A stretch of DNA of 63,795 nucleotides, counting the filler, from Squatina squatina (lineage: Eukaryota): NCBI GenBank assembly GCA_031763465.1. It is 4 parts of 4 records of this genome, joined end to end, with 100 filler letters (N's around TTAATTAATTAA, not from the genome) between each part and the next. Parts side by side here need not be neighbours in the genome. Positions count along the whole stretch, not along the records: positions 51,909 to 63,795 come from JARFOE010000203.1; 3 more parts are not named here. One strand, written 5' to 3'. The notes under the pieces were generated by a model. It was not told the origin of the DNA, did not search any database, and saw only the letters and a program-made list of their open reading frames with translations. Shown piece by piece: positions 62,351 to 63,795 of this stretch. The translations under genes and the position numbers were made by a program. Within the stretch, counting starts at the first letter, position 1; each line of letters begins with the position of its first letter.

Positions 62351-63672
62351 GCTTCCATGGGAAAGGGAGAAAAAAAAAATCAGAAAAAAACCAAACCAGA
62401 GTTTGAATCCCAGTTTTATTTATGGCTGGGACTCAGAGCTTCCCAGATGGCAAGTTTGACCAGGTTGCTGTTGGGGTTGGGGGGGTGGGGGATGGGGGAA
62501 GGACCAAACATTTGCTGACACCGAATCCCTCACCACACCATTCACATCCTGGCATGGGAGAGAATTGACTACAGAACATCCATTGTCAGGGCCTGTGGGA
62601 AGTCATACTGGATGTGGGAGTCCAGCTTGAAAATGTAAATTAAATAAGGAAAACCAAACAACGAAGGTTGATTTTCTATATATTTTACTAACTTTTAAAT
62701 TTGAGTTCACTTCATCCATAAGCTTTCCGCCACCACAAATCCTCCTCTGTGCAGCTGGCACAACCCCTATCGGTGCTACTGGAGTAAGTTTATCCCTCCC
62801 TTTGAGGTGGACAACTCCACACTGCATGGTGAATTGGGCAGTAGCTGAGCTGAAAAACAGCCTGAAAATTCATCCAGGGGTCAGATAGCCTTGGGACCTG
62901 AACTTTCGACTGTCTGCCTGCCAGACAAGCCCTCAGCACGAATGACTAGACTGCCTCACTTAAAGTCCTTTGATCCCATGATTTTATCTCTACTGCTTAC
63001 TCTACCCAGGAAGTGCTATTTTCAATAAACGTTTTGTTGGGTCTCATGAGGGGAGGTACCAACTTACTGAATAACAGTTATAAAAAGAAACAAAAATGCA
63101 AATAACAGCTCTGATGAAGGGTCCCACCCCAAATGTTAATCAAGCCATTTCTTTCAGATGCTGACCATGTATTTCTAGCATTCTAGGCTTTTATTTTTGA
63201 AAAATGAGCTACGTCCACGCCACTTAAAAATCAACATGCTGCTGAATGACTTTTCCTCCCAGTTATTTTGCTAAATATATTTAGTTTTGAATTTTAGCAT
63301 AGGCTTCTTGGTCAGTGACCTCTGGAACCAACTGCTCAGACATGCACAATATTGGACAGGGTTGACATCCTTTAGTTTGACGCCCTGCCTATGAGTAAGC
63401 ACCTCTTTCTCTACTTACCATCTCCTTCCAATAACCCCTGTCCCGCCACTCCATAGCTCAGTGTTCTGGTGCATCGATGTAGCCAATAGGCCCTATAAGT
63501 GAGCAACAGTTATTTAATAATATTTTCTTGGGAACTGTAGANNNNNNNNNNGTAGAGATACATCAGCGTGTTATTTGGTAAAACATACTCACTGAAGGAT
63601 GTTCTGAAATGGGACCGCCTAATGGTTCAGCTGGTACAAACAATGAGTTTCTGAGCCTTCTGGACCAGAATT

Positions 63673-63698
63673 TGTGTGTGTGTGTGTGTGTGTGTGTG
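63673..63698 (+). repeat. (TG)n microsatellite
   Basis: About 13 TG units. Confidence 0.95.
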
Positions 63699-63727
63699 TT
63701 AAGGAGACGATCAGGCTCAACTGTGAT

Positions 63728-63795
63728 GCAAAAGCAAAATACTGCGGATGCTGGAATCTAGAATATAAACAAAAAATGCTGGAAAAACTCAGCAG
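63728..63795 (-). mobile_element. Penelope-like terminal fragment running off the window
   Basis: Highly similar to 61990-62060. Confidence 0.65.

Overview
Eukaryotic, AT-rich vertebrate genomic DNA. The repeat content (CR1/HER1-like and L2 LINEs, Deu-domain SINEs, Penelope, Harbinger) points to a cartilaginous fish, which is an inference. The assembly is very fragmented. Three artificial 44N-TTAATTAATTAA-44N linkers (22988-23087, 37897-37996, 51809-51908) join four blocks, and there are many exact 100-N gaps. Reading spliced exons by eye gives the following. Block 1: last coding exon of FBXL17 (+). Block 2: one FBXO42 exon (-) and four POMGNT1 exons (+). Block 3: three MYO3B kinase exons (-) and two 3' exons of UBR3 (-), matching the known vertebrate UBR3-MYO3B gene order. 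Block 4: three exons of a BMP8-like gene (-). Gene identities rest on recalled similarity to human proteins, not on a search. Most supplied ORFs are spurious, N-spanning or transposon-derived. I found no convincing new biological system. The best leads are an intact Harbinger MITE, a candidate enhancer between UBR3 and MYO3B, a missing MYO3B splice acceptor, a BMP8 with an extra cysteine and several unassigned exon-like segments. Repeat boundaries are approximate.
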